Origin: Eutreptiella sp. 'Long Island Sound 2002'
Taxonomy: Eukaryota; Protista; Euglenida
Length of the DNA: 64,000 bases
NCBI GenBank assembly: GCA_964036045.1
Contig: OZ038378.1
Coordinates: 5,084,001 to 5,148,000 of the forward strand
Reading direction: 5' to 3'
Below the pieces are notes generated by a model. That model was given only the letters and a program-made list of their open reading frames with translations, was not told the DNA's origin and did not search any database. Below, in pieces: positions 34,480 to 46,530 of the stretch (position 1 is its first letter; every line of letters begins with the position of its first letter). The position numbers and the translations under genes are program-made.

Positions 34480-35392
34480 TCAAAACCTAGAGCCCCGACC
34501 CATGCCAAACCCTTGGTTCAAACCCCTGATGGGCAGGTGGTGGAGACGTGGAGCTTTACTTCCGATGCTGCTTGAGGTTGCCTCCTTGGGCCTTGTACGG
34601 GGGATGCGTACACGATAATCACACAAAAATCTCCCATGGGCGATGGCCGACGCATCACATGCCACACTGCAAAATATGCGGTAGGAAAAGAGGGCACCCT
34701 TTTCCCCAACTGTTGCCCCGCACTTGCACGTTGCGCACAACGCGTCAGATGCTTCCCATATCCCACTGTGCACTTGCTCCATGTGGAAGGCGATCACGAC
34801 ACCATGCACACATAATCTTTGTGACGCAGCAGCACGGGCGATGGACCGGGCTCTGCAAAATGTTGACTACTATTATGGCCTGACTGACATGTCAACCCTG
34901 ACAATCCAGCACGTTGTGCGGAATAAACAACGCTTCGTCAGGAAACTGAGAATCCTGAAACGGTCCGATTTTTGGAACGTGTACAAGTGGCTGGCAGGCG
35001 CATACAGGTCGTCAGCCAGCCACACAGACCATCAACAGCAACCTGTGTTGATCCGAGACGATAAAGTTAAATGGCTGGATTTTGGCAGCACACCTGACCC
35101 AGTGACTCTGCAGCCCCATCCTGGTTATGTATGGCTGAAATCCGGATACAGTGAGGCGATTCCCTGGCGCAAGGTGGGGTTGATCAAACAACGAAACGTG
35201 GACCTCACAACCGATGGCCTGTGGGCCATGCCCCTTAACGAGGGTTGGGTGCCCGTGAAAGCACGGAGGTTGCAAGATTGGCAAAAATTGAAGAAATATG
35301 TCCCTGTCCACAAACAGGGAGATGTCTGCCCTAATGGGGTCCCCGCCCTGCCTGAAAAAAGCAATGCTGACAGTGACAGTGATTCTGAATAA
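34480..35392 (+). pseudogene. Sola-like (DDD) DNA transposase relic, C-terminal 222 aa still open
   Basis: ORF 34724-35392: THNLCDAAARAMDRALQNVDYYY resembles GHTHxxCDxxxxxIERAL; ends with PVKARRLQDWQKLKKYVP, like the PIxxxKxxDLxxLxxYIP terminus of such transposases. Confidence 0.5.
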
Positions 35393-36180
35393 AAATGGAT
35401 TAACGGTGCAGTGCTGTGTTTGTGTGCACCGTCCCATGTGTTGTGCTGCGCTGAAAAATGACAACCCCTCCCCCCCAAACCCATACATTTCTGAAATGGC
35501 GTTTTCTTGCAGATTTCAAAAAGTATACACATACCCCCCCCCAGGTGACGACATGTTTGCACGTGGAAGCAAAAGTTGCAGAAACTACCGAAAAGTGCCA
35601 AAACCCACAAAGTTGGCAGGTTCTGAATGTCCCCGAGAGATATACTTTGCACAGGGAACACAACAGGCGACACGACTGTGTGCAACTGCGAATGCACAAA
35701 CATCCACCAGAACGAAATGAATCCTCTCACTACAAGCAGCCACACCCAGAGCACGCAACCATGCGCTGAAAAGGCTGCAAGCTCACCAACAATCGCAAAA
35801 TCGAACAAAATAAACACAAAGACACAAACACACGCAGGCATGCACGCACACATGCAAATGGATTGCGCTGAATGATTGCAGAAAGGTGGCAGGAAGTAGT
35901 AGCTGCGAGGAGTAGCTGTGAGGCACCAGGGCGCTGTCAGCAGAGTGCATCATGAGCACAGGAAATGGTGCACTTGATAACAGTCAGCAGTCCATAAATA
36001 CAAAATACCAGCAACGGTGCGGCATGTGAAGCGTTCTAAAAAATGAACTACGCTCCTGGTGGCACTTTGGTGTGAAGGCCAAGGCACACTCAAGCACTGT
36101 CACAACGCCTCGCGCTTGGGCCAGTAGGACTACTCGGAGTCTACAGCAATGCCTCTCCTCAACACCATCAAACCCAGCCC

Positions 36181-36987
36181 TCAGGGCACACTGGGGCTTG
36201 GGCTAGCGCTCATGATGGGGCTGGGGCTGGGGCTGGGGCTGGGGCTGGGGCTGGGGCTGGGGCTGGGGCTGGGGCTGGGGCTGGGGCTGGGAATGGGGCC
36301 AGAGGTGGGGCTGGGGCTGGGGCTGGGGCTGGGGCTGGGGCTGGGACTGGGGATGGGGCTGGGAATGGGGCCCGTGGTGGGTTCGGGGCTGGGGCTGGGG
36401 CTGGGGCTGGGGCTCGGGCTGGGGACAGGGCTGGTGCCGTTGGGGCTGGGAGAGGGCGTGGCCCTGGGTGTCCGGGTGGGCGTGGCGGGAGTTGGTGCGC
36501 GCCGGCACACGGCCACCCATTCCCACCGTGAGCCGGACCACCTCCGAGACCATGTCGTGCCCCATTGGCAGCGGCTTCCAGAGGGTCTGGGTCTAGTCAC
36601 ACGAGCCGGCGTCGAGCGACACACCCTCACTGAGCGGGCAACCCGGACCCAGCGGGAACCGTCCCATTGTGGAAACCACCTCCTGCGCCACGTGCATCGG
36701 GTGCGAGGGGCTGTGGGCCTGGGTGCCGCTGTGCGCGTGGGCCTGGGTGTCGGTGCGCGTGAGGGAGGCACACACACTGAGCGGACAACCCGGACCCAGC
36801 GGGAACCGTCCCATTGTCGAAACCATCTCCTGCGCCATACGCACTGCTGGGGCAGCATGCCCCGCTCTTCTGCTGCTTCGCTTTCCACCAACACCATTGC
36901 AGGCTCCAGCATGCTCTGATCGGGCACTTGCGCGTGGGCATGGACCAGTGCACACCAGATCACGAGCATGCACAACAACAGATTCAT
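36181..36987 (-). CDS. Secreted 268-aa protein: signal peptide, acidic segment, three Cys-flanked Trp/Arg-rich modules, Ser-Pro stalk
   Basis: [19 protein letters not shown] hydrophobic leader; uninterrupted ORF; modules [72 protein letters not shown]; TTTGTTTTGCAG acceptor 12 nt before ATG. Confidence 0.85.
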   Translation of the reverse strand: MNLLLCMLVIWCALVHAHAQVPDQSMLEPAMVLVESEAAEERGMLPQQCVWRRRWFRQWDGSRWVRVVRSVCVPPSRAPTPRPTRTAAPRPTAPRTRCTWRRRWFPQWDGSRWVRVARSVRVCRSTPARVTRPRPSGSRCQWGTTWSRRWSGSRWEWVAVCRRAPTPATPTRTPRATPSPSPNGTSPVPSPSPSPSPSPSPEPTTGPIPSPIPSPSPSPSPSPSPSPTSGPIPSPSPSPSPSPSPSPSPSPSPSPSPIMSASPSPSVP

Positions 36988-37789
36988 GCGTAGATACGAC
37001 TGCAAAACAAAGCGGGGGCGGCCGGCGGGGATGGTAGCGGCGGCGGCGGCGGCGGCGGCGGTGTGGCACAGTCATTCTGATACACTCATTCTGAAGCCCC
37101 ACGAGCACCAGGATCCATCACCAGGGGCATGAGGTCAATTGAGAGGAGGAATATGCATCCTCCGACGGCTCCGCAAGCAAAAACTATGCCCCCAACACCA
37201 AAAGCCGTGTGAACACAACCAATGTTCCAAAACACCCAGTACCAGAGCTGTACAGCCAATGCCTTGGCAGCATACGCTCAGCACACCTGGAACCCTGTTC
37301 GCCTGATTGAAAGTTCGACTTCCCCTGAAAACGTCTTGACGAGGTCCAGATCACAACCCTTGCAACCTCGTTTGGTTGATGACGCTCTCTTGGCGTGATC
37401 TTTTCGTAAGGACTAGTCAAGCCCAAGTTCAGGGGCCAGCCAAAACCTACCAAAGACAACGGTCAGCAAAGGTAGTAATTTCTTCTTCAACTTCACCCTG
37501 TTGCAGAGGGGTCATAAACGGACAAGTATGCGCTGCCCGTGTTCATTTCTGGAAACCACATTGTCTACCCATGAAAAACCGTGACCTCCCGGGAGCAAAG
37601 GAAAAAAAAAAGGCACCATAACACAAATCATCATTGTCATCATCTTCTTCGGAGGCATCCCCATCCTATACCCCATGATACTGGTTTATACCCAGAGCAG
37701 TGTAGAGCACAGCAAGAGACATTTGGCATGTGTATTGAGAAATGCTACAGCAGGCAATAATGCAGTGTGTAATTCTACCAAGGACACTA

Positions 37790-38188
37790 CCCCCCCCCCC
37801 CTTGTATAAGCTACGCCAAAGTCCCAAATTAATACGGTCCCTACGCCTACTGTAGCTTGGACACGGGCGTAGCTTGCGCGCAACACATAAAACTACCGAC
37901 ATCGGGCGCCCATATTCAAAAATAGAGGATTGCATGGTGAGCTGGTGCAAGCAAGGGGAATATAATGCACGAGGATACCAAAATCAGAGCTATGTGGGTT
38001 CAAGTGGGCAAACACTCACAACAAATGTGTCCATGACTCTATGTGACTCGCAAATTCGCCACAAAACCCATGTCTTATGTGGCTGCACTACGTTTGGTAC
38101 CAAACTAAAATTAGGTCCCAAATTAATACAGTCCCTATGCCTACTGTAGCTTGGACAAGGGCGTAGCTTATACAGGGGGGGGGGGGGG
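37790..38188. mobile_element. MITE with ~27-bp TIRs and TA TSD (Tc1/mariner-type signature)
   Basis: TA|(C)nTTGTATAAGCTACGCC ... GGCGTAGCTTATACA(G)n|TA. Confidence 0.8.
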
Positions 38189-38193
38189 TACTA

Positions 38194-38267
38194 CGCCCGA
38201 TGAGGGACTCGAAGCCGCGACCCTGCAGCTATTCACACGCATGCTCTACCAACTGAGCTGACCCAGC
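38194..38267 (-). pseudogene. Degenerate tRNA-like sequence (tRNA-Lys-like scaffold); tRNA pseudogene or SINE head
   Basis: Minus strand GCTGGGTCAGCTCAGTTGGTAGAGCATGCGTGTGAATAGCTGCAGGGTCGCGGCTTCGAGTCCCTCATCGGGCG: intact D arm/A box and B-box-like TTCGAGTCC, but mismatched acceptor, anticodon and T stems. Confidence 0.8.
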
Positions 38268-38469
38268 TTGCTAACTCACACCTGTGGCATTTTGCACCCT
38301 GCACTGATCAGACGGGGAAAAGAGTTGTCAGGGGTGTGTGTGTCCACAGACAGCGCCCACCAACCTGTGGAACCAGTACCTGACTCTGAAAGCAAACTCG
38401 GTTAGGTTGATACCTCAGCAGCGTCTGTGGACAAAGGACCCACAGAGGTAAAGCATGCCTCCGGAATTG

Positions 38470-39010
38470 TGCAAGCAACCTGGCGCTTCCATGTTCATGC
38501 TTTGCGGAAAATGGACCCGTAGAACCAAGCATGACTCAAGAAACTTTTCAGCTAGTGGGTGCCTTCAGGTTCATACCTCACCATTGGTTATTGCTTGTGT
38601 ACAAACTGGCATGCATGGGTCCTGTGGACCAGATGATCCCAGGCCTTACTCTGGAATCTTGAAAGCAAGTTGGCGCTTCCAAATTGAACTATTCAGGTCT
38701 TGTCATTACTTGTGTGCAGGCTCACATGCATGTGGACAGTGTTGGCGCTCTCACGTTCATGCTTGGCCACTGGTTGCGCTCAGCTTGCATGCATGTGGAA
38801 AGGGAGCCATAGACCCAAGCATGTCTCAAGAAGCTTGTCAGCAAGTTGGTGCTTCCATCTTCATTCCCCAACACTGCTGGTGTGCAAGCTCGCATGCATG
38901 GGGACAAAGGGCGTGAGGAACCAAGGCCCCACTCTGGAACCTTGGTGCTTCCAAATTGAAATGTCCGGGTCTTGCCACTACTGGTGTGCAACTGCCATGC
39001 ATGTGGACAG
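38470..39010. repeat. Old degenerate tandem repeat, ~90-100-bp subunits in a ~277-bp higher-order period
   Basis: TTGG(C/T)GCTTCCA motif at ~38477, 38668, 38743, 38846, 38943; the TTCCAAATTGAA variant recurs 277 bp apart. Confidence 0.55.
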
Positions 39011-41099
39011 TGGACCAGTGGAACCCACGCCTAAACGTGTTTTAGTGGCATGCATCACAAAATAGCGAGATGAAATATTGTTGCAGCCTTTTGCAGCTGA
39101 GGTGGCAGAGGCAGCACAGGATTTAACACGCCCTCAGCATATGCCTTTCCATGAACAGCATATTCTCCTCCGAATGAAAGATTGCTCTTGAAATAGTACC
39201 GGTACTTCCAATAGCACAAAAAATGTGCGTTGTGTGCACACCACATACAAAGGCGTCCCCATATATCATCATCGCCTATGGTGAACAACAATTGTCAGTT
39301 GGCTTTGGCTCCAGGTTTGGCTTGTGGCACTAATCGCCAAGGTCTGCCCCCCACCAACCAGGCTGTGCACACAGGTAGAGATTGTGGGTTTCTTGGTTTG
39401 TGGACAAGCACCCTTGGGTCTCACCTGCAGCTTGTTGCACAGCCCCACAGGCTAGTGGGGTTGATTTGCACCAATATTCCAGCAAAGGCACTCCACTTGT
39501 CTGGACCTACGTTTCCGCCATCTACTCAAGCTTGCTAGATCCCTAAGGTTCCTGAAGAATTCCTTCTGCAAAGTTGGTGTCACCTAGAAGCTAGAATAGC
39601 GGATGGTTTCGAGCATATGATGGCGTCGCATGCGGCCAATCTTGATGTGAAAATTTTGGATTGCAACAAAAGGGGTGGGAGCTTCTGTATCAGGCCATAC
39701 CCCCCTCCCCATGTCCAGCAAACACTAAAGCCCCCCAAAAAATATGGTCCAAACACCAAGTATCTGTTATATAAGGCGTTTGGTGCGTGCGGGAAACTTA
39801 TGAAAATCCTATAACACCTCCCTCAGTCATGGTGCGCAATAGAGGTCCTTTTGTTGAGGGATACCAGTAGCTCACATCCATTTTTACAAATTTCACAAAA
39901 ACACATCACAATATCCCCTCAGTTCCCCAACCCTGTAGCCTCAATCCTGTCCCCTGCAACTCAGTACCTAACTACTTTGGGTACCAAGAAATACCGTCTG
40001 AACACCAAGTGCTCGCTGGAGAAGGTGTTTGCTTGAGGACCAGGGGGGGGGGGGCTTCACACTATGTGTGTGTGCCCAATTTTGGCCATACGAGCGATCA
40101 CAAACACCACGGTGTGTTTCTCTTGACATGGAGCATCAGATACAAAGTAAGGCTGAAGTATTGGACGCCGAAAGCGGACGACTGTGGCTGCAGTGGGTCA
40201 CCACCTTCAAACAAAATGTGATTGATGAAGGGCTATAATCACCTGACGCACTGTACCTCAAAAATCGATTCCAAGATGCTACACACCTGCAACAGGCGAG
40301 GCTGAAACTGACCCTCATTTGCCTTGGGTTGTATTTCTACCCTCCCCCTTGCGCAAACAGTAGTCAAAAGCACCGAAAGTTGCGGAAACAGCACCTCTTG
40401 CTGTCTGCACAAGGGGTTTGTTTGCACGTACTGTGAGAAGACGAGAAGATGTGCACGATGGGGCACACACAGATAAATGAGAATAGGCATCAAATGCCTT
40501 GTATGTGTTGTTGGATGGGTTTTTCGTTGAGGGGATGGGCACCAGATATTTCTTGCAAATGGGCCATGCAGGACTGCTGCCTCTTGAGCAATGCCCAGCA
40601 AATTGGTGCTAACAAGCAATGGTATGTGTCCCTCTACTGATACTGTGAGCAATGCAAGAGAAAATTTCCTCTCAACGTGAGCTGATATTCCATATTGTAC
40701 CATACGCTTTGCCCTGAAGAATCAAGCTGTTTGGCCATGTTCTTGTGCAACTAGTGTACTTTGTGTCACTGGGACAGGCAATTAGTTGGTCGCACTAATT
40801 CCGCATCATCCCTGGAGAAAGCTTTTTTCCTGCTCCCCATGTGACATGCACACAGGAAAACCCTCACTGCACAACAAAGCAATGCACTTTGGAACTTGGA
40901 GTTAAGCGAGAGTTTTTGTGATTTCCCCAACGGCACCAGAATATTACTCCCGTGCCGTGTCCAAACAGCATGAGTTGCTGTTTCAGCAACTTTTGAAATC
41001 ATGGAAATTGGCAGTTCCATTTTCTGGTTGTCTGTGAAGATCAAATTTTCTCTGTGATTTGGGGCTGGGGATGGTATTTTAGGGATGTTGATTAGTGAA

Positions 41100-41260
41100 A
41101 AATGTAAGTCGTGTTTTGCTGTAAATGCATGTAATTTTTTTTTTGCTGTAAGTGGTGTGAATTATAAAAAAAATTTTGAATTTTTTTATTTTTGCGGTAA
41201 GTCGTGTAATTTTTTTTTTGTGGTAAGTCGTGTAAATTATAAAAAAAGATTGAAAAATTG
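41100..41260. repeat. GTAAGTCGTGTAA(T)n repeat block, same family as 42630-42966
   Basis: Repeated gtaagtcgtgtaa / gctgtaaatgc units with T-runs. Confidence 0.75.
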
Positions 41261-41864
41261 AAAGAAATGCAACCTTTGCAATACATGCGCAATATGTACA
41301 GCTGCCGGTTCCGTACGGCACCCCATAGCGACCTTAACGATGGGACGCCGAGTCCACAAAGCACATAGTACTCTGCGTGGCCGCCAATTAGTTGGGACTC
41401 GGCCAATATAACATAGTTTCACATGTTGTCATTGGCACTAGACTCAAAATCAGGCCCAAGAGAAGAGTCCTGACAGGGCCATGGCCAACATCCAGTGTGC
41501 CTGCACTGGGAACAAAATCAGGCTCAAGAAAAAGAGTCCCGACAGGGCCATGGCCAACGCTAGTGCCACCATTATAGGCCACCAAGGCACTGGCATGGGG
41601 CCAATATTATAGCAATCTTATACGCTCCACCATTGGTACACCAAACGGCGGAGGAAAATACAACCCACAAAACATGCACCCGCTACAAGTAGTTGCAGAG
41701 TGCACGCTTGTAGATCAAGTCCGTTTTTGTGTCACCGACTTGGGCTTTGCACCAGGATTGGGGTTAAGCTGACAAGCGGCGTGCAACTCTGCCACTAGCT
41801 GCTTGCACACGTCATCGATGAAAAGCTAGTCACGCTCCAGCTGGCCAGATGCATCTGCTGGGTA

Positions 41865-42582
41865 GCGGGGGGCAGAATCAGAATTGGCCCACAAGTGGGC
41901 AAGGTGGCTACATAACCCCGGCCGCCTGGGGGTTCCCCTCCGCTTCAGAGCGGGGGGCAGAATCAGAAGTGGCCCACAAGTGGGCAAGGTGGCTACATAA
42001 CCCCTGCCGCCTCGGGGGGTCCCCACCGCTTCAGAGCGGGGGGCAGAATCAGAAGTGGCCCACAAGTGGGCAAGGTGGCTACATAAACCCTGCCGCCTCG
42101 GGGTCCCCACCGCTTCAGAGCGAGGGGCAGAATCAGAAGTGGCCCACAAGTGGGCAAGGTGGCTACATAACCCCTGCCGCCTAGGGGGTCCCCACCGCTT
42201 CAGAGCGGGGGGCAGAATCAGCATTGGCCCACAAGTGGGCAAGGTGGCTACATAACCCCTGCCGCCTCGGGGGTCCCCTCCGCTTCAGAGCGGGGGGCAG
42301 AATCAGAAGTGGCCCACAAGTGGGCAAGGTGGCTACATAACCCCTGCCGCCTCGGGGGTCCCCACCGCTTCGGATCGGGGGGCAGAATCAGAATTGGCCC
42401 ACAAGTGGGCAAGGTGGCTACATAACCCCTGCCACCTAGGGGGTCCCCACCGCTTCAGAGCGAGGAGCAGAATCAGAAGTGGCCCACAAGTGGGCAAGGT
42501 GGCTACATAACCCCTGCCGCCTAGGGGGTCCCCACCGCTTCAGAGCGGGGGGCAGAATCAGAAGTGGCCCAGAGGTGGGCAC
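41865..42582. repeat. 85-bp minisatellite, 8 full units plus a partial ninth
   Basis: G(G/A)GCAGAATCAG at 41871, 41956, 42042, 42126, 42211, 42296, 42381, 42466, 42551; no unique spacers. Confidence 0.95.
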
Positions 42583-42780
42583 ATTGCCTACAGGCAGGCA
42601 TTTTTAGTAAAATTGGTAATTCTTCCTTTGTGGTAGGGTCGTGTAATTTTTGAATTTTCGTGGTAAACGCGTGTAGGAATTTTTTTTTGGGCGGTAAGTC
42701 GTGTAATTTTTTTCTTTCCGCTGTAAATGCGTGTAACAAAAAAACCGTCAGGTCGTGTAATTTTTTTTTTTTGCTGTAAG

Positions 42781-42966
42781 TTGTGTAATTTTTTTTTTTC
42801 GCTGTAAATGCGTGTAACAAAAAAACCGTCAGGTCGTGTAATTATTATTTTTTTTTGCGGTAAGTCATGTAAGCCGGCTTACACGACTTACAGCAAAAAA
42901 AAAAAATTACACGCCCTGACAGTTTTTTTGTTACGCGCATTTACAGCGGGAAAAAAAATTACACGA
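42781..42966. repeat. Spacerless foldback palindrome, ~90-bp arms, centre AAGCC|GGCTT at 42875/42876
   Basis: Left arm TTGTGTAA(T)nCGCTGTAAATGCGTGTAACAAAAAAACCGTCAGG...GTAAGTCATGTAAGCC is mirrored by the right arm with few mismatches. Confidence 0.9.
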
Positions 42967-45900
42967 ATTACAACATACACTGTTGATTAGCAACCTGCCA
43001 CTTCTTGCCCTTTGCGTTTGGACAGCGTCAGAAGTGCAGCTGTGAAGTAGCCCAAGAACTAGGCCATTCAAAGGTGGTCCTGCAGTTCTGTGTGTATCCG
43101 GTCTCTGTTCATCTTTGGGAACATGTTTAGTATGCGTCAGTTAGATGCAATTCGAACATGTCCCAAAGACTTTGCCAACTTCGCAAACACAAATCTGCCC
43201 ACTGGGGATCGGGAAGATGTGCAGCTGACAGGAAACTTCTTTGCAAATTGAACCTTATGATGTATTCCTCTGGCCATGACAATATGCAAAATGGACAATA
43301 AAACACACATGGTGTACACCACTTGTGCTGCATTGTACATCCGTGCTTGATCTGCCCAAATGGCCCAATAGTTGCAGTGTGCACGCACTGCGCTTCAGGT
43401 GCCACCGCTAACAAAAAAAAGGAAGATCGAAGATGAATCTTCAAGACCACCCTGGCCGCCCAATTCAAACAAGGCACATAATACAGTGGAAGCATTCGCA
43501 AAAGCTGTAAAAGGGCACGTGACACATCAGAGTTGGAGAAATGACACACACATGATCAAAGGAGAAATAGGCACATAATGGTCACAGTAATCATGTTCTC
43601 GCCACACCAACCAACACTTTGTTCAAACACCATGGAAATCGGTATTGACGTCCCCAGAGAGGGGAAATGGCTGCAAATCAGGGCTCTAAATATTTGAATT
43701 TCTGCAAGCAATGCTTGTCGTGTTGAGTAGACTTGGATAAACAGAAAAATGACTCTGTGTGTATATAGAATTATTTGGGCGGCAGCAAAAGTTCTGCCCA
43801 GGGATGTATTAGAGGGGGGGGGGTGTCTGAAGGCATCAAACGGTCGGTCTGCTGAACTGGATGTCCCCTCCATAGACAATTCCAGCCATGGTTCATCAGC
43901 AAGGTCGCACACTGTCCAGGTTTTTGCTAGGCGACTGTCCCGGTCCTTCCACCAATGTTCTGGGTTGCCTCCCTTCCGTATGTACACTGATCGTTGGCCA
44001 CACCTTGTACCTTGTGTGCCGTGACCTCAACTCTACTGGGTACGTGGCGTACATGCAGGTCAAGGGTCAGTCCCCTGGTGTATCTGCTGGCAGCTGGCCC
44101 CACTCGGCCAATACCCCGGGGGACATTTGTGGTGGTCCTTAGGTTGAAAAACCCAGTGGGTTCAGGAATGGTTAGAGACTGAAGGGGGGGGGGGGATGGC
44201 TTGGACCCCCCTCCTCCTACGTAGGGTGTCCCAGTACTTTCAGTACTTTCATGACGAGCTGTGAAAAAATGCAGAAAAGGGAGAATCAGTGTTTTTGAGC
44301 TTCCAGGAACCGAACACATGCCCTTAGCATTAGACATACAGCAATCTACCACTAGGGTACTGCGATTGGACACAGTGGACACCATGTAAAAAAAGAGATA
44401 ACTTGCTGCCCTCCCAGGCAGAGGCGGGGCAGATGCCACAGGCACCCTAAAACATCCCCTGCAGGTGGCCGCTGATGCGTGTGCCTGGTGGCAACGCAGC
44501 TCTGCCTGAGAGGGCTGCGCTGGGGTAAACCTACATTGCAATCAGGCTACCCACCCGGAGGCGGGCACAAGGAAAAAAAGGCGCTGCCCGTAGCTCCGCC
44601 ACCCCATCTCTTTCTGACATTGACCACTCACTCACAAGCAAGCAAGCAAGCATGACTGACTGGAGGCCATAACTAGACTTGCTATCACCACCGTCAGAGA
44701 GAGCCCGAGATGGGACAAGCAAGACAAACTCATCCCTGATGCATGTGTTGATGGTCTTCCTGCAGGCTACGCTTGGACAACGCCATTTCGTCCTTGCTCT
44801 GGGGTATGCAGGGGCTAAAGAGTCCAAAATATTGTTTGTTGATTGAGGCAACCAAATGGCGGCAGACAGACACGGTGGTCAGCAGTGGTCTCCCATTCAA
44901 CCGGTGGAATGGTGCACTATTCAGATAGCATTGTGACCAACTTGCAGGCCCACACTTTGTGAGTCACGTGTAAAGACCCCTACAGCTTCGTGGGATTGGT
45001 TCGTCGTTTCATTGCGCTGCAGAAGAAATCAAGAGGAGGCACAAATGTGGGGACAACAAAAGGCAGGACAAAGGGGTCTTGGATCTGACAGAAGGGGAAT
45101 TGTCACTGATATGTGTCTGCAAGCACCAGCGTTCTTCGGCATGCCTCTGGGAGGCCTGGGACTTGAGATGGGCTGCAGGATACTCAGGTTCAGCATGTGA
45201 CCACATCCCACGGTGCACCAACACCCTTCTGTTTCTGATTCAGAACCAAGGGATCAGCGCCACAGTCTCCACCGCCCCTGCGGGCATTAGCTGGAGGCTT
45301 GAGTGCTGGGACGGGCTGCACTGAGTCGCCAACACCTCCTGTACGCGGCAAAGAAATACGTGTCGGTTCCGGTGTCCAACCAACACTACTTCCAGGCCTG
45401 CAGAAAGGGGGGAGGGTTTGCCCAAAGAAGCATGACGTCCGATATTCGGAGATCCGGGGCGTACACTCCTTGAAGGTGCTCTTCTCGCGGACACGGGGAG
45501 TCGTGCAGGCGCCGCCACGAGGACCACATTGGTCGCGGCGATCCCAGGCCAGAAAAGCGCGGCTGCACGCCATTGCACCCCCTTTGCAGATCTTCGGAGG
45601 TATTTTGAGCTGAATGGTGGTCTTGAACACTTGGACGCCCGCCGTGTTCACTTGGCAAGGCCCCTGAGCAGCAACACCTTCTCTAGGGCTGGCTTGAGCA
45701 GAGCCCTGGCGGCTGTGTTGAGAAGTGCGAGCGGAACGTCCGTTTGGATTCAGATGCCAGAGGGCCGCTGGGCATAGCGGCGAAGGCTACCAACTGCTCA
45801 GCGCACTGAGTATGAGCGATGGCCCCAGTCGCGGCCCATGAGTGTACTTGGTCGTCTCCAAACGGAATTCAGGTGCACTGCGATGCCACTGCCCTTTTCT

Positions 45901-46454
45901 CAGGGTTCCACGACCGGAGCAGCCCCGCAGGTGCTCCAGGGTGTTCTTCCGTCCCATGCAGGGCTGCAGGTACAGCAGACAGACCTGCTTCTTTGGCAGA
46001 GGAGCACAAGATCTGTCAGCCTCTGGAGATCGATGCGGGTGACTTGTGCCCAGAACCCCAAGGGCGATCGGATACCAGACCGCTACTTCGGGCCGAACTC
46101 TCCTGCACGACTGCAATCAGCTCTGGAGGTCTGCGCTCCCTTGCCCTCTGTCCCGTGTTTCGTGTAGAGGCAGCAGAGGGCACTACGCATGGCCACAGAG
46201 GAGCGGTAATGTACCAGGCACCGCACGTCATGTGCAACACCAGCAACGAGAAGAGATGGATGCCCACATTCTGAGCCGACAGCTGCTCCGAACAAAATGC
46301 GTACCTTCGCACAGTCACACACGTTTTTTGGGTCTGCAGTCTTTGGCGGGACCAATAAAAACGAGGCCGGGAGGCATAACACCCGCAGGTTGTGGGCTGC
46401 ATCATGGGGAACGTCAGCTGACTCGGGATTGGACCCTGCGTTCAAGTTGCAGAG

Positions 46455-46530
46455 AGGTATGGTGCCCCATAGGCAGAAGAGGGGTATGGTGGCCCACAGG
46501 CAGAAGAGGGGTATGGTGGCCCATGGGCAG
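46455..46530. repeat. 27-bp tandem repeat x3 (GGCAGAAGAGGGGTATGGTGGCCCA..)
   Basis: Direct reading; a further copy at ~46585-46610. Confidence 0.8.

Noticed and set aside
36149-36919. 256-aa plus-strand (GL)n ORF
   Set aside because: Antisense shadow of the Ser-Pro-rich gene on the minus strand.
38194-38267. Functional tRNA (GAA in the apparent loop suggests Phe)
   Set aside because: Acceptor, anticodon and T stems have mismatches, position 8 is C, and the scaffold resembles tRNA-Lys; called a pseudogene.
41865-42582. Regular array resembling CRISPR
   Set aside because: Whole 85-bp units are near-identical with no unique spacers; no cas genes; eukaryotic context.
44230-44851. Merlin/ISXO2-like transposase (KWRCPSVACRKT motif)
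   Set aside because: One weak motif; the downstream DE and WVFG motifs could not be convincingly aligned.
45000-46450. Several overlapping mid-size ORFs
   Set aside because: No recognisable motif, consistent frame or splice sites; left unannotated.
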